Origin: an uncultured Verrucomicrobiae bacterium
GTDB lineage: Bacteria; Verrucomicrobiota; Verrucomicrobiia; Chthoniobacterales; UBA10450
Length of the DNA: 64,000 nucleotides
NCBI GenBank assembly: GCA_963834385.1
Contig: CAWIBO010000005.1
Location: 448,001-512,000 of the forward strand
Direction of reading: 5' to 3'
Shown here one piece after another: positions 37,517-49,032 of this stretch (position 1 is the first letter of the stretch; every line of letters begins with the position of its first letter). A model generated the notes under the pieces. That model did no database searches. It was not told where the DNA came from and saw nothing but the letters and a program-made list of their open reading frames with translations. Both the position numbers and the translations under genes were made by a program.

Positions 37517-40500
37517 ATGTCTCCGGATTCCTCTCCTCTTGCCACGGGTCGTCAGCGCGAAGGTCTTCCGGTCACCCGCCGCGCTCTTTCCTGGCTCTTC
37601 AGCCAGGAACATTTCGGGGTGAAACTGTTCTCGGGCACGGCGGTGGCGGTGATCGTCATCGTGGCCATGGCGGCAATCTTCGGGCTCGTCTCCTATCGCA
37701 CGCATCATCACGAGGAACTGCGCGCCCAGACGACCGAGGTGATCCGGCTGAGCGCAATCCTCGAGAACGACATCAGCGTCCTGGAGACGAGTTACCGGGG
37801 ATTCCTCCTCTCGGGACAGAAACCATACCTGGCGCCGTTCGAGACGCGCCGGCCGCTTCTGCAGGAACACGTGGCGGAGCTGGTGGCTCGCATTGTCGAC
37901 AACCAAAGCCAGCGGAAACGCATTCTCAAGGTCCAGGACCTCGTCCAGAAATGGGTTAACACCGTGGCCACGCCGGGCATCGAGGCCCGCCAACGGGGCG
38001 GGGCCGTCACGGCCGAGGCCATCGAGGACCTGCTCGACCAGGCCCGCGCGCTCCTCAAGTCGATCCAGAGCGAGGAGCGCGTCGTCCTGAACGAACGGAT
38101 GCGCGAGCATGAGTGGGCCGCCCAGTCTTCCCAGATCCTCGATTACATTCCAAAGCTCGAGCATTCCGTCATCCAGATGGAAAACGCCAAACGCGCCTTT
38201 CTTCTCACGGCCAAACCGCATCTGACGGAGACCTACACCGCGGGCGTGGCTGATTTCTACACCGTGCATGGCCTCCTGAGCATGCTCATCGCCACCAACC
38301 CCGGCCAGATGGAGATGTTAAACGGGATCAAGGCGCAGGTGCAGCAATGGATCAACGAATCGGCCATCCCGGAAATTGACGCGCGCCGGAACGGACGCGA
38401 CATCGCGCCGATGCTCGCCACGCAGCGTGGACAGACGCTGATGACCGGCGTGCGCGCGGCCATCTCGAAATTCGAGCAGACCCAGCTCAAACTCTTTGAA
38501 GAACGGGCCGCGGCCACGAAAAAGGCGCGCATCTGGAAGACCGGCGCGCTCGGCGCGGTGGCCTGCCTCGCCGCCATCCTCCTGGCGCTCTCCAGCAGCT
38601 ACAGTTTTGTCCTCAGCCGCCGCCAGCTCTCCAAGCTCGAAGGCGCCGATGTCCGCATCCGCTCCATCATCGAGAACATCCTTGATGGCATGATCACGGT
38701 GGACCAGGACGGCACCATTTGTTCCATGAACCCGGCGGCGGAAAAAATGTTTGGCTGCATCAACAACGAGATGGTCGGCCACAAGTTCATCAAGCTGGTC
38801 CCGAAATCATACAGCGCCGACCCGGAGGCCGAACCGGTCCCGTGCGCCTGGAACCAGATTGCGCGCCGGACCGGCTCCACCACCCTGGCTGTGGGACGAA
38901 CCCGCAAGCACGCCACTTTCCCGATCGAAATTTCGCTCAGCGAGATGACCGTCGACCGTCAGATCCTTTATGTGGCCATGATCCGCGACGTCACGGAACG
39001 GAAACGGTTTGAGGGGGAAATCGCGGCCGAGAAGGAGAGCCTCGCCGTCACCCTGCGCTCGATCGGCGACGGCGTCATCACCACCGATGTGCAGGGCCGC
39101 ATCATCATGATCAACAAGGCGGGCGAGAACCTGACCGGTTGGCCCTCGAGCGAGGCCATCGGCCAGCCGCTCAAATCGGTTTTCAACGTCACGATCGACC
39201 TCGCCGCGCAGGCTCGCACCCAGCGGAGCGGCTACCGCAGCGAAGCCCACTCCATTCTCCTGAACCTTCCCGAAAACGCCACCCTGACCGCGCGGGACAC
39301 GACCGAACGGGTGATCGAGCAGGTCGCCTCCCCCATCCGCGACCCGAAGAACGAAGTGGCTGGCGTCGTGCTCGTCTTCCGCGACATCACCGAGCGGCAG
39401 CGCAACGAGGCGGAACGGCGCAAGGCCGAGACCCTCGAGCAGCTCGGGTTGCTCGCCGGCGGCATCGCGCACGACTTCAACAATCTTCTCACCGCCATCA
39501 TCGGCAACATCTCCCTCGCCTCGCTCCTCCTCCCGCCCAGCGACGAGATGGCCACCCGCCTGAACGACGCCAAGAACGCCTCCATGCGCGCGCGCGACCT
39601 GGCCCAGCAGCTTCTCACCTTTGCCCGCGGCGGCGCCCCCATCAAAAAGACCGCCTCCATCGGCAAACTCATCCAGGACACGGTCAGCTTCTCCCTGCGC
39701 GGATCGCACAGCCGGAGCGAGTTCAATTTCGGTTCGGAACTCTGGCCGGCCGAGATCGACCCCGGCCAGATCAGCCAGGTCGTGGCCAATCTCGTGGTCA
39801 ACGCCGACCAGGCCATGCCGCAGGGCGGGACCCTGCGGGTCACCTGCGACAACTTCGTTTACAACCCGGAACAGCAGGCGGCCATCGCCGACCTCATGCC
39901 CGGTGATTACGTCCGCATCATCCTGAAGGATGAAGGCGTCGGCATCCCGGAAAATTACCTCAAGCGCATCTTTGATCCCTATTTCACCACCAAGGCCAAG
40001 GGCAACGGCCTCGGGCTGGCCACGACCTATTCCATCATCAAGAATCACAACGGCCTCATCACCGTCGATTCCGAGGTGCACAATGGGACCACCTTCACCA
40101 TCTACCTGCCGGCCAGCAGCGAGATCGAGGTCCCGGCCGAAACCGTGCAGGTCTCGCCCGAGAGCATCTCCGGGACCGGCAGCATCCTCGTGGTCGATGA
40201 TGAGGAAGCCATCCGCGCCCTGGTCGAGTTCACCCTCTCCCGGTTGGGTTACGAGGTGGCCGAGGCGGAGACCGCCCTGGCCGGCGTCGAGCTTTACCGT
40301 GAACGACTCGAGGCCGGGAAACGCTTTGACCTTGTCATCCTCGACCTGACCCTCCCCGGCGGCATGGGCGGAAAAGAGGCGCTCAAGCGCCTGATTGAGA
40401 TTGATCCGACGGTGAATGCCATCGTCTCCAGCGGCTACGCCATGGACGCCACCATGAGCCGTTACCAGGATTACGGGTTCCGCGGCGTCATCGCGAAGCC

Positions 40501-40609
40501 CTACGAGGCGGCGGAACTCGGCCGGGTGGTGCACGACGCCATCGCCGCCGGCCGGATCAACGTGGTGGAAGACTTCGAAGGCGGCCGGCTCGCCACCCGC
40601 GTGGCCTGA
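37517..40609 (+). CDS. Hybrid sensor histidine kinase (TM, two CHASE3, TM, two PAS, HisKA, HATPase, receiver)
   Basis: ETSYRGFLLSG and ENAKRAFLLTA; NPAAEKMF; AGGIAHDFNNLL; NLVVNA; DEGVG; GNGLGL; ILVVDDE...ILDL. Confidence 0.93.
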   Translation: MSPDSSPLATGRQREGLPVTRRALSWLFSQEHFGVKLFSGTAVAVIVIVAMAAIFGLVSYRTHHHEELRAQTTEVIRLSAILENDISVLETSYRGFLLSGQKPYLAPFETRRPLLQEHVAELVARIVDNQSQRKRILKVQDLVQKWVNTVATPGIEARQRGGAVTAEAIEDLLDQARALLKSIQSEERVVLNERMREHEWAAQSSQILDYIPKLEHSVIQMENAKRAFLLTAKPHLTETYTAGVADFYTVHGLLSMLIATNPGQMEMLNGIKAQVQQWINESAIPEIDARRNGRDIAPMLATQRGQTLMTGVRAAISKFEQTQLKLFEERAAATKKARIWKTGALGAVACLAAILLALSSSYSFVLSRRQLSKLEGADVRIRSIIENILDGMITVDQDGTICSMNPAAEKMFGCINNEMVGHKFIKLVPKSYSADPEAEPVPCAWNQIARRTGSTTLAVGRTRKHATFPIEISLSEMTVDRQILYVAMIRDVTERKRFEGEIAAEKESLAVTLRSIGDGVITTDVQGRIIMINKAGENLTGWPSSEAIGQPLKSVFNVTIDLAAQARTQRSGYRSEAHSILLNLPENATLTARDTTERVIEQVASPIRDPKNEVAGVVLVFRDITERQRNEAERRKAETLEQLGLLAGGIAHDFNNLLTAIIGNISLASLLLPPSDEMATRLNDAKNASMRARDLAQQLLTFARGGAPIKKTASIGKLIQDTVSFSLRGSHSRSEFNFGSELWPAEIDPGQISQVVANLVVNADQAMPQGGTLRVTCDNFVYNPEQQAAIADLMPGDYVRIILKDEGVGIPENYLKRIFDPYFTTKAKGNGLGLATTYSIIKNHNGLITVDSEVHNGTTFTIYLPASSEIEVPAETVQVSPESISGTGSILVVDDEEAIRALVEFTLSRLGYEVAEAETALAGVELYRERLEAGKRFDLVILDLTLPGGMGGKEALKRLIEIDPTVNAIVSSGYAMDATMSRYQDYGFRGVIAKPYEAAELGRVVHDAIAAGRINVVEDFEGGRLATRVA

Positions 40610-40622
40610 TCCTCCGGCAATC

Positions 40623-42527
40623 CTACTTCTCCGGCTTCAACCGGGGCAGCAGTTCTTCCAGGATGGTGGCAACGGACTCCGAGACGCTTTGGCGGTGTGT
40701 CTGCACCACCACTTCGGCGTCGTCCGGCGCCTCATAGGGCGCGTCGATCCCGGTGAACTCCCGGATCTTTCCCGCGCGCGCCTTCTCATAGAGCTTCTTC
40801 GGGTCGCGCTCCTCGCAGACCGCGAGGGGAGCATCGACAAAGACCTCGAAAAACTCGGCGCCCCCCTCGAGCGCGATTTCGCGGGCGCGCCGCCGATCGT
40901 GCCGGTAAGGCGAAATGAAGGCGGTTACGACAATGATTCCCGAGTCCGCCATGAGGCGGGCCACTTCCGCGACCCGGCGGATGTTCTCGACGCGGTCTTC
41001 CGGTGAGAAGCCAAGGTTCGAGTTGAGGCCGTGGCGGACATTGTCGCCGTCGAGCACATAGGTATTCATGGCGCGGCGGAAGAGCTCGGCCTCGAGGGCC
41101 TGCGCGATGGTCGACTTGCCCGCGCCGGAAAGGCCGGTCAGCCAGACGACGGCGCCATGATGGCCATTGTGCCGCGCCCGGTCGCCCGGGGTGATCTTGC
41201 CCTCGGTCCAGAAGATGTTCTTGCTCTTGACCTCCGTTCGGTCGGTGTAAACGCCGCCAAAGACGATGCCGCCGCCGCCGATCCGGTTGTTCTGGACGAG
41301 AACGAACCGGCCGAGCTGCGGGATGCGGTCGTGGTTGTCGAGCACAAGGGGCGCGCGCGTCTGGATGGTGATGCGGCCAATTTCGTTCCGCGCCACTTCC
41401 GTGGCCGCCTTGCCGGAGGAGGCGAGGGTGGCGGAATCGATCACTTCCTCGATGGAAACGACCCGGCAGACGAGTTCCTGCGTCCCAAGCCGAAGGTGAT
41501 AATTCTGGTCGCAGCGCAGGGGCGTCGGGGAAATCCAGAAGATGTCGGCGTGGAACCGGTTGGTCTCGATCGGCGTCTCCTTCTCGTGTGAAGCCACGAA
41601 ACCGCGTTCGACGAAAATCTGCTCCCCCAGGGTGATGCCGGCCGAGTCCCCCGCCCGCACTTCCTCCGGGGCGTCGCCGTTCCAGCGCTCGATCGTTTTC
41701 ACCACGGCCTGCTTGTTTGCCGGCGAAAAGATGACCTGGTCCCCCACCCGCAGACGCCCCGTCTCGACCCGGCCCGCAATGATGCGGCGCTCGTCGAACC
41801 GGTAGACATCCTGCACACAGAACCGCAGGGGCAGCTCGGTCGATGAACCTTTGGCCGTGAGGTCGTCGAAAGCCTCGAGGATGGTCGGGCCCTTGTACCA
41901 CGCCATCTTTTCCGCGCTCCTCCGCGCCACGTTCTCGCCTTCGCGGGCCGAGACCGGCACAAAGACGCGCGGATCGAGCTTCAAACCGCCGAGAAACTCG
42001 CGGTATTCCCGCTCGATCTCGCGGAACCGTTCCTCAGCGTAGCCGACGAGGTCCATTTTGTTCACCGCCACCACGATCTGCTCGATCCCAAGCAGGCTGA
42101 GCAGATACGCGTGCCGCCGACTCTGCTCGCGGATTCCCTCGTTGGCGGCAATGAGCAGGATGGCGGCGTCGGCCGTGGACGCCCCGGTGATCATGTTCTT
42201 GAGGAACTCCTTGTGCCCGGGCGCGTCGATGATGACGTACTGGCGGCGCGGTGTCCGGAACGGGATCTGCGTCGTGTCGATGGTGATGTTCTGTTCCTGT
42301 TCCTCCAGGAGCGCATCGAGGAGAAAGGCGAACTCGAAGTCCATGCCCTCGGCCGCGGCCGCTTTCTGCACCGCCTCGATCTTGCCTTCCGGCAACGAAT
42401 CGGTGTCGTGCAGGATGCGGCCGATCAGGGTCGATTTGCCGTGATCGACATGGCCGACGAAAACGACCTGGAGCCGGGGCGATTCCCCGCGGCCCGCCGA
42501 ATCGATGGCTGTTCTACCCGCCGCCAT
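40623..42527 (-). CDS. cysNC: Bifunctional sulfate adenylyltransferase subunit 1 / adenylylsulfate kinase
   Basis: GHVDHGKST, DAPGH and NKMD GTPase motifs; C-terminal WLTGLSGAGKST, LDGDNVR, FISPY. Confidence 0.95.
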   Translation of the reverse strand: MAAGRTAIDSAGRGESPRLQVVFVGHVDHGKSTLIGRILHDTDSLPEGKIEAVQKAAAAEGMDFEFAFLLDALLEEQEQNITIDTTQIPFRTPRRQYVIIDAPGHKEFLKNMITGASTADAAILLIAANEGIREQSRRHAYLLSLLGIEQIVVAVNKMDLVGYAEERFREIEREYREFLGGLKLDPRVFVPVSAREGENVARRSAEKMAWYKGPTILEAFDDLTAKGSSTELPLRFCVQDVYRFDERRIIAGRVETGRLRVGDQVIFSPANKQAVVKTIERWNGDAPEEVRAGDSAGITLGEQIFVERGFVASHEKETPIETNRFHADIFWISPTPLRCDQNYHLRLGTQELVCRVVSIEEVIDSATLASSGKAATEVARNEIGRITIQTRAPLVLDNHDRIPQLGRFVLVQNNRIGGGGIVFGGVYTDRTEVKSKNIFWTEGKITPGDRARHNGHHGAVVWLTGLSGAGKSTIAQALEAELFRRAMNTYVLDGDNVRHGLNSNLGFSPEDRVENIRRVAEVARLMADSGIIVVTAFISPYRHDRRRAREIALEGGAEFFEVFVDAPLAVCEERDPKKLYEKARAGKIREFTGIDAPYEAPDDAEVVVQTHRQSVSESVATILEELLPRLKPEK

Positions 42528-43342
42528 TACATGAAACCCTTGGCGCGCAGCTTTTGCATGGCGTTGCGCTCGTGATGGTCCTGCGCGCGGCCGGCCCGCT
42601 CGCTCGTTTTCGTGATTTCCAGCTCGGCAATGATCTCTTCGATCGTCGCGGCCGTGCTCGCCACGTCCTTCGTGATCGGACGGCAGCCCAGCGATCGGTA
42701 GCGGCGGCCGTTTCGCGCGAAATACATCTGCGGGATGGGAATCTTCTCGCGCTCGATGTAGCGCCAGATATCCACCTCCGTCCAGTCGAGCAGCGGCTGC
42801 ACCCGGACATGTTCCCCGGGCGCGGCCGCGGAGGCGAACTGCCCCCAGAATTCCGGCGGCTGGTCCTTGTACTCCCACTCGAACTGCGCGTTCCGCGGTG
42901 AAAAATAGCGCTCCTTCGCCCGGGTCGGGTCCTCGTCGCGACGAATGCCGGTGATGAGGGCGTCGAACTTGTGCTCGGACAGCACCTGCTGCAACGCCAC
43001 CGTCTTCAGCTCGTGCGTCACCGTCACCGGGTCATGCGTCTCGTAGCCGATGCCGCGGGCCCGGGCCTCGGTGTTGATCTTCACCATGAGGTTGAGCTTG
43101 TAATGCCCGGTGGCCCATTCCCGGAACTCGAGCATCTCCGGGAACTCGTAGGTGGTGTCGATGTGCAGGACGGGGAACGGGATCTTTCCGAAAAATGCGC
43201 GCATCGCCAGCCAGATCAGGACGTTGGAGTCCTTCCCCATCGACCAGGGCATGGCGATGTTCTTGAACGAGTGGTAGGCCTCGCGAAAAATGAAGACACT
43301 CTGGTTCTCCAGCTGGTCGAGATGGCTGCGGATCGGGGTCAT
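42527..43342 (-). CDS. cysD: Sulfate adenylyltransferase subunit 2
   Basis: [35 protein letters not shown]. Confidence 0.95.
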   Translation of the reverse strand: MTPIRSHLDQLENQSVFIFREAYHSFKNIAMPWSMGKDSNVLIWLAMRAFFGKIPFPVLHIDTTYEFPEMLEFREWATGHYKLNLMVKINTEARARGIGYETHDPVTVTHELKTVALQQVLSEHKFDALITGIRRDEDPTRAKERYFSPRNAQFEWEYKDQPPEFWGQFASAAAPGEHVRVQPLLDWTEVDIWRYIEREKIPIPQMYFARNGRRYRSLGCRPITKDVASTAATIEEIIAELEITKTSERAGRAQDHHERNAMQKLRAKGFM

Positions 43343-43470
43343 CGTCGGTTCCCACAGTAGACGCGCTCCCGGGAGCCGCCACCGCGGACCGAATGTTTAG
43401 CGAGAGTGTGGGCACGGTCAATCTCGCGCGCGGCGAGGCCGCCCGGCGGCGCGGTCCCGAGAGATCCTGC

Positions 43471-43498
43471 TTGCTTCGTCCGCCCCTGATTTTAGTGT
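43471..43498 (+). promoter_or_regulatory. Sigma70-like promoter, leaderless geometry, for nuoB
   Basis: TTGCTT-16 nt-TAGTGT, then 5 nt to ATG 43504. Confidence 0.45.
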
Positions 43499-43503
43499 CA
43501 GGA

Positions 43504-44040
43504 ATGCCGGAACAACGCCCCGCCGCCTACGATTCCAAGATCGAGGGCAACGTGATTTTTACCCGGCTCGACGCCGCCATAAACTGGATGCGCAAAAATT
43601 CGCTCTGGCCCATGCCGATGGGTTTGGCCTGCTGCGCCATTGAGCTGATGGCCACGGCGTCCTCCCGGTTCGACATCGCGCGTTTCGGCGCCGAGGTCAT
43701 GCGCTTTTCCCCCCGGCAATGCGACGTCATGATCGTGGCCGGGACGGTCACCTACAAAATGGCCCTGGCGGTGAAGCGCATCTACGAGCAGATGCCTGAG
43801 CCGAAATGGGTCATCGCCATGGGAGCCTGCGCTTCCACTGGCGGCATGTATCGCTCCTATGCCGTTCTCCAGGGGATTGACCAGCTTCTCCCGGTGGATG
43901 TTTATGTCTCCGGTTGCCCGCCCCGCCCGGAAGCGCTGCTCGAAGGCCTGATGAAGCTCCAGGAAAAGATCAGCGGCGAACGCTCCTTTCTCGCGCAGAA
44001 ACCGGCCCTGGGGCGGATGCTGGAAACCGCCGCGTCATGA
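43504..44040 (+). CDS. nuoB: NADH-quinone oxidoreductase subunit B
   Basis: [34 protein letters not shown]. Confidence 0.95.
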   Translation: MPEQRPAAYDSKIEGNVIFTRLDAAINWMRKNSLWPMPMGLACCAIELMATASSRFDIARFGAEVMRFSPRQCDVMIVAGTVTYKMALAVKRIYEQMPEPKWVIAMGACASTGGMYRSYAVLQGIDQLLPVDVYVSGCPPRPEALLEGLMKLQEKISGERSFLAQKPALGRMLETAAS

Positions 44041-44618
44041 CCGGCGAAACGCTCCTGGTCGAGCTGGCCAAGCTGTTTGGCGGCAAAATTCTCCAGCGGA
44101 TCGATTTTCGCGGCGAAACCACCTTTGTCATCGCTCCCGCCGACCTCCGCGAGGTGGCAAAGTTCTGCCGGGACGAGCTCTCCTTTGATTACCTGGTCGA
44201 CATCACCAGCATCGATAATTTCGGGGAGGACCCGCGGTTCGCCATCGTTTACGAACTTTATTCCCTCACCCTCTCCATTCATCTTCGGCTCCGGCTGGCG
44301 GTGGCCGAAGAGGAAAGTGCCGTCGACACCGTCTCGGATATCTGGCCGACGGCCAACTGGCACGAGCGGGAGATCTACGACATGATGGGCTTGCGGTTCC
44401 ACGGTCACCCGGACCTGCGCCGGATCCTGATGTGGGAGGGATATCCCTATTTTCCGCTGCGGAAAGAATTCCCGCTGGAAGGCCGGCCGAGCAACATGCC
44501 CGACGTCGCTTTCACCTCGGCGGCGCCAATGGAAGGCGGCCCGTTTGTGACCGTCCCGAGCACGGCCACGACCAAGGACCGTGAACCGCGGGCCCGTCCC
44601 CCGGAGTTGCCGCGCTAG
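44037..44618 (+). CDS. nuoC: NADH-quinone oxidoreductase subunit C
   Basis: [29 protein letters not shown]. Confidence 0.94.
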   Translation: MTGETLLVELAKLFGGKILQRIDFRGETTFVIAPADLREVAKFCRDELSFDYLVDITSIDNFGEDPRFAIVYELYSLTLSIHLRLRLAVAEEESAVDTVSDIWPTANWHEREIYDMMGLRFHGHPDLRRILMWEGYPYFPLRKEFPLEGRPSNMPDVAFTSAAPMEGGPFVTVPSTATTKDREPRARPPELPR

Positions 44619-44619
44619 C

Positions 44620-45144
44620 GTGATCCGGTTCGCGGTGATCCTGTTTCTCGTCCTGGCCGGCGGGCTCCTCGCCGCCTTTTTCATCTCGCAGCGTTACCGT
44701 CCGGAAACACCGGCGCTCCCCGCGGCCGATCGCGTTCTGGTGGAGAAAGCGGCGCGGCGCCTGACCTTGTTGCGCGAGGGGCGACCGTTGAAAACCTATC
44801 GGGTCGCGCTCGGGGGCAACCCGCTCGGGCACAAGGAACAGGAGGGCGATCAACGAACCCCCGAAGGCGTCTACACCATTGATTTCCACAAGGCCGACAG
44901 TTCCTTTCATCGGGCCCTTCACATCACCTATCCCAACGCCGAGGACACGGCGCGTGCCGCTGCTCGGGGCGTTCCCGCCGGTGGCGACATCATGATCCAT
45001 GGTCTGCCCAACGAGAACCCCGATTGGGGCGCACTCCACGTGGAGCGCGACTGGACCGCGGGCTGCATCGCCGTGACCAACGAGGAAATTGAGGAGATTT
45101 GGGCGGCGGTGGCGGATGGCACCCCGATCGAGATCCGGCCCTGA
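44620..45144 (+). CDS. L,D-transpeptidase family (YkuD) protein
   Basis: GDQRTPEG, IMIHG...WTAGCIA catalytic His/Cys, GTPIEI. Confidence 0.9.
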   Translation: MIRFAVILFLVLAGGLLAAFFISQRYRPETPALPAADRVLVEKAARRLTLLREGRPLKTYRVALGGNPLGHKEQEGDQRTPEGVYTIDFHKADSSFHRALHITYPNAEDTARAAARGVPAGGDIMIHGLPNENPDWGALHVERDWTAGCIAVTNEEIEEIWAAVADGTPIEIRP

Positions 45145-45152
45145 GCCGGCCT

Positions 45153-46052
45153 TCAGGCACGATAAGGATCGGCGACCCCGGCCGGCGGACTCTTGAAGCG
45201 CTTGTATTCCCAGTGATACTGCGCCGGGTCCTGTCGCACCAGCTCTTCAATGGCGGCGTTCATGGCCGCGACCGCCACTGTTTCATCATCCGCGTAAATC
45301 TCCGGGCTGAGTTCGCTGAACACGATCCGGAACCCGTTCTTTTCCCGGCGGCAACTCCCGAGGACCACCAGGGGTTGGGTGCTTTTGGTCAGCCGATGCG
45401 CAAACGTCATGGTCAGCGCCGGACGACCAAAAAACGGCACGTGGATTCCCGACGGCCGCGGAGGAACCTGGTCGGGCAGGATGCTCACCGGGCGCCCCTG
45501 CTTCAGCGCCTGGAAGATGCTGCGCACCCCGCGGGCGTCGATCGGCCGGAGGCTGGCCCCGGTCCGTTCCCGCCGGGTCCGGATCAGGGCGTCCAACGCC
45601 GGCGGCTTCAGGGGATCATAAAGGGCCATGAAGCCGTAGCGTCCAAAGTGCAGGGCAAAGAGTTCCCAGTTCCCGAAATGCGGCGCCAGCACAAGGATCC
45701 CCCGCTTCGCGTCCCACGCCTCCTGCAGCGGCGCGGTGCCTTCGACCGCCGTGATCACGCCCTCCAACTCTGTTTCCGACCAGTGCCCGGTCAGCCCCGA
45801 TTCCGCGAGGAGACGCCCGGTGTGACGCAGGCTTTCCCGCGTCAGCCGGAGCCGCTCCCGGCGGTTTAGCTCCGGGAAACAAATTTGCAGGTTCGTTTCC
45901 GTGGTCCGGGCCGCCCGCGTTCCGAGGAGATAAAAGAGGTCCCCGATGACGTTGCCGATGAAACGGGTGGTGCCGTAGCTACACGGGGCCAGCAGCCCGG
46001 ACCAAACCCGGAGTGCCAGCGGAGCCAAAAGATCGAGGACCCGGCGTTTCAC
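45153..46052 (-). CDS. Lipid A biosynthesis acyltransferase (LpxL/HtrB family)
   Basis: HFGNWE, ILPDQ, VPFFG, PAQYHWEYKRFK. Confidence 0.88.
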   Translation of the reverse strand: MKRRVLDLLAPLALRVWSGLLAPCSYGTTRFIGNVIGDLFYLLGTRAARTTETNLQICFPELNRRERLRLTRESLRHTGRLLAESGLTGHWSETELEGVITAVEGTAPLQEAWDAKRGILVLAPHFGNWELFALHFGRYGFMALYDPLKPPALDALIRTRRERTGASLRPIDARGVRSIFQALKQGRPVSILPDQVPPRPSGIHVPFFGRPALTMTFAHRLTKSTQPLVVLGSCRREKNGFRIVFSELSPEIYADDETVAVAAMNAAIEELVRQDPAQYHWEYKRFKSPPAGVADPYRA

Positions 46053-46095
46053 CCGCGCACTAAAGCGCGCATCCGTTTGGCCTTCCAAGGGACAA

Positions 46096-47652
46096 TCACT
46101 CCGGCTGGCTTGCCTCAAAGCGGGGAAACAGCGGCGACGGCTTTCCGACTGTGTGTCCCGGAGGAAGAACGCCCCAGCCGGCTGCGGCCAGGCTCTGCTC
46201 CCCTTCCCAGTTCAATTGCCGGAAAATTTCCCGCGCCGCCTGTGGCGCAAAAGGCGAAAAGTAGATTGCAGATCAGGCGCAATCCTTCCGCGAGGGCGGC
46301 CAGGACCTCGTCGAGCGCGCCGGCCTGGGCCGGGTCCTTCGCCATCTTCCAGGGCGCGCTCGTCTCGATGTAACCATTGCACGCGGTGACGAAATTCCCC
46401 AGCAACTCCGCGGCCCGGTGCGTTTCCCAGGCCTCCATGGCGGTCGCGTAGCCGGTGGCGAGCTTCTCCGCCTCAGCCGGGAGAGGTGAGCCGGTTCCGG
46501 CCGCACCGAGGCGGCCTTCCCGGTAGCGTTGCGCCATGCTCAGCGTGCGGTTGAGCAAATTGCCAAGGTTGTTGGCCAGGTCGGTGTTGTAGCGCGTGAT
46601 CAGCCGTTCCTCGCTGAAATCGGCGTCCTGCCCGATGACCATGTCGCTCACCAGATAATACCGCAGCGGCTCCGCGCCATACTTGTCGGCGAGCGTGTCG
46701 GGATCGACGACGTTCCCCAGGCTTTTGCTCATCTTATCGCCGCTGATGTTCCACCAGCCGTGGACGAGCAGGCGCGGAATCTGGTCGTCCGGAAAACCGA
46801 GCGCGTGCAGCATGATCGGCCAGTAAATGCCGTGCGCCGGGACTCATGATGTCCTTCCCGATCAGGTGCACCGCCGGCCAGCGTTCCCGAAACGCCGGCG
46901 GCTGCGAAGCAAAAGTTTTCCCGCCATCGATAGCCGGCAAAGCTGATGTAATTCGTGAGGGCATCGAACCAGACGTAGGTGACAAACGCCGGGTCGAACG
47001 GCAGCTCGATGCCCCAGTCGAGCCGCGCTTTTGGCCGCGAGATGCAAAGGTCGCCGCTGATTTTCTCCGCGGCATTGATCAACTCCGCCTGGCGAAAGGC
47101 GGGCGTCACCAGACCGGGCCGGTCGCGCAGGAGAGCCACCAGCCAGTCGCGATGCTGCGCCAGCCGAAAGTAATAGTTCTCCTCCTCGCGGAACTCGACC
47201 TCGCCCCATTCCGGCCCGAACTCCCCATCCGGTCCGCGCTCCTTGTCCGTGAGAAACTGTTCCTGCCGGATGGAGTAATGCCCGGAACGGGTGTCCTTGT
47301 AAATCTGGCCCTCGTCAAAAAGCCGCTGCAGGATGGCCCGAACACATTCCCGGTGAAGCTCGTCGGTGGTGGCGGCCCAGGCATCATATTGCACTCCGAG
47401 CTTCCGCCAGAGAGCGAGAAACTTCCCGGTGATCCCGGCGACATACTGCGGCGGCGTGACCCCCTCTTTCTGCGCCGATTTCTGCACCTTTTGCCCGTGC
47501 TGGTCCACTCCGGTGAGGAAGAACACTTCTTCGCCCCGCAGGCGGTGATATCGGGCCATGACATCGGCCAGCACCTTTTCGTAGGCGTGGCCGAGATGCG
47601 GCGCGCCATTGGTATAATCAATGGCGGTGGTGAGGTTGAAGCGCGGGGGCAT
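46096..47652 (-). CDS. metG: Methionine--tRNA ligase; several apparent frameshifts (near 46930, 46842 and 46250-46190)
   Basis: [61 protein letters not shown]-terminal PLFPRFE. Confidence 0.93.
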
Positions 47653-47733
47653 GCGGGGACCAAGCTGTCCGAACCGGTCCGCATGGCGCAACCGTTGTTC
47701 GCCGGCGCCTCCTTCCTGCGTATCCTCCCGCCC

Positions 47734-49032
47734 ATGCCGAGCACGGTCGATTCCCCTGCCGCTGCCCCCTCTTTTGCCGCGGCCTTCCGTTTCTGGCTCA
47801 GGCTCGGCTTCATCAGCTTCGGTGGTCCCGCCGGGCAGATCGCGATCATGCAACGGGAGCTGGTGGAAACGCGGCGCTGGATCGGGCAGGATCGGTTTTT
47901 GCATGCCCTGAATTTTTGCCTGCTCTTGCCCGGCCCGGAGGCGCAGCAGCTCGCGATTTATTGCGGCTGGCTCCTCCACCGGACCTGGGGAGGAATCGTG
48001 GCCGGCGTGCTCTTCGTTCTGCCCTCGATGTTCGTGCTCTGGGGCCTGAGTTATGTCTACGCGGCCTTTGGTGAGGTGGCGTGGGTCACCGCGATTTTTT
48101 ACGGGCTCAAGCCGGCCGTGGTCGCGATCGTGGTGGCGGCGCTCTTCCGGATCAGCCGGAAAACACTGCAAACGGCCCCGGCAGCGACCATTGCCCTCCT
48201 GGCTTTCGTCGCGCTTTATTTCCTGCACGTTCCCTTCCCATGGGTCGTGGGAGGAGCAGCCGCGGCAGGTTTCCTCGGCGGGCTCGCCTGGCCTTCCGCT
48301 TTTCGTTCCCCCCGCGACGAGGCGCCGCCGATGGAATTATCGGAACATCACACAACGGTCTCCTGGGCGCGCGCCGCTCGCATCGTCGCCCTCTGCCTGC
48401 TTCTCTGGTTTGCGCCCGTCGTGGCGATCGTGCTCTTCTTTGGGACCGACCATTTTCTTTTTCGCGAAGCGATTTTCTTCAGCAAAGCGGCCGTGGTCAC
48501 GTTCGGCGGCGCCTATGCCGTCCTTCCCTACGTGGCGCAGCAGGCGGTCGAGAACTTTGGCTGGCTCGCCCCCGGGCAAATGCTGGATGGCCTGGCTTTG
48601 GCCGAGACGACGCCGGGGCCGCTCATCATGGTCCTGCAGTTCGTGGGATTCATGGGAGGCTGGAACAATCCGGGAAACCTGCCGCCCCTCGCGGCTGCGA
48701 CCCTCGGCGCGCTCGTCACCACCTGGGTGACCTTTGTCCCCTGCTTCCTCTGGATTTTCCTCGGCGCGCCGCACCTGGAACGCCTGCGCGGCAACCGGCG
48801 CCTTCGGGCCACCCTCGCCGGCGTTTCGGCCGCCGTGGCCGGGGTGATGTTGAATCTCGCCGTCTGGTTTGCCCGGCATGTTTTTGTTCCGGAAAACACG
48901 GGGCTCGACTGGGTCGCGCTCGCCCTGGGAGTTCTCGCCCTCATCGCCCTGGTGCGATGGAAGCTCGAGGTCATCACCCTGATCCTCGCCGGCGGCGCCG
49001 CCGGTTTTCTCCTGCGCTACCTGGCCGGCTAA
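47734..49032 (+). CDS. chrA: Chromate efflux transporter (long-chain CHR)
   Basis: Duplicated motifs SFGGPAGQ / LPGPEAQQL and TFGGAYAV / TTPGPL. Confidence 0.93.
   Translation: MPSTVDSPAAAPSFAAAFRFWLRLGFISFGGPAGQIAIMQRELVETRRWIGQDRFLHALNFCLLLPGPEAQQLAIYCGWLLHRTWGGIVAGVLFVLPSMFVLWGLSYVYAAFGEVAWVTAIFYGLKPAVVAIVVAALFRISRKTLQTAPAATIALLAFVALYFLHVPFPWVVGGAAAAGFLGGLAWPSAFRSPRDEAPPMELSEHHTTVSWARAARIVALCLLLWFAPVVAIVLFFGTDHFLFREAIFFSKAAVVTFGGAYAVLPYVAQQAVENFGWLAPGQMLDGLALAETTPGPLIMVLQFVGFMGGWNNPGNLPPLAAATLGALVTTWVTFVPCFLWIFLGAPHLERLRGNRRLRATLAGVSAAVAGVMLNLAVWFARHVFVPENTGLDWVALALGVLALIALVRWKLEVITLILAGGAAGFLLRYLAG

Noticed and set aside
38807..40534. Long antisense ORFs (also 776..1933, 15255..16649, 52201..53661 and others)
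   Set aside because: Shadow ORFs opposite well-supported genes, expected in high-GC DNA; no recognisable motifs.
46846..47733. Apparent 728-aa ChrA with a long N-terminal extension
   Set aside because: The extension is the antisense of metG; the CHR sequence begins near ATG 47734.
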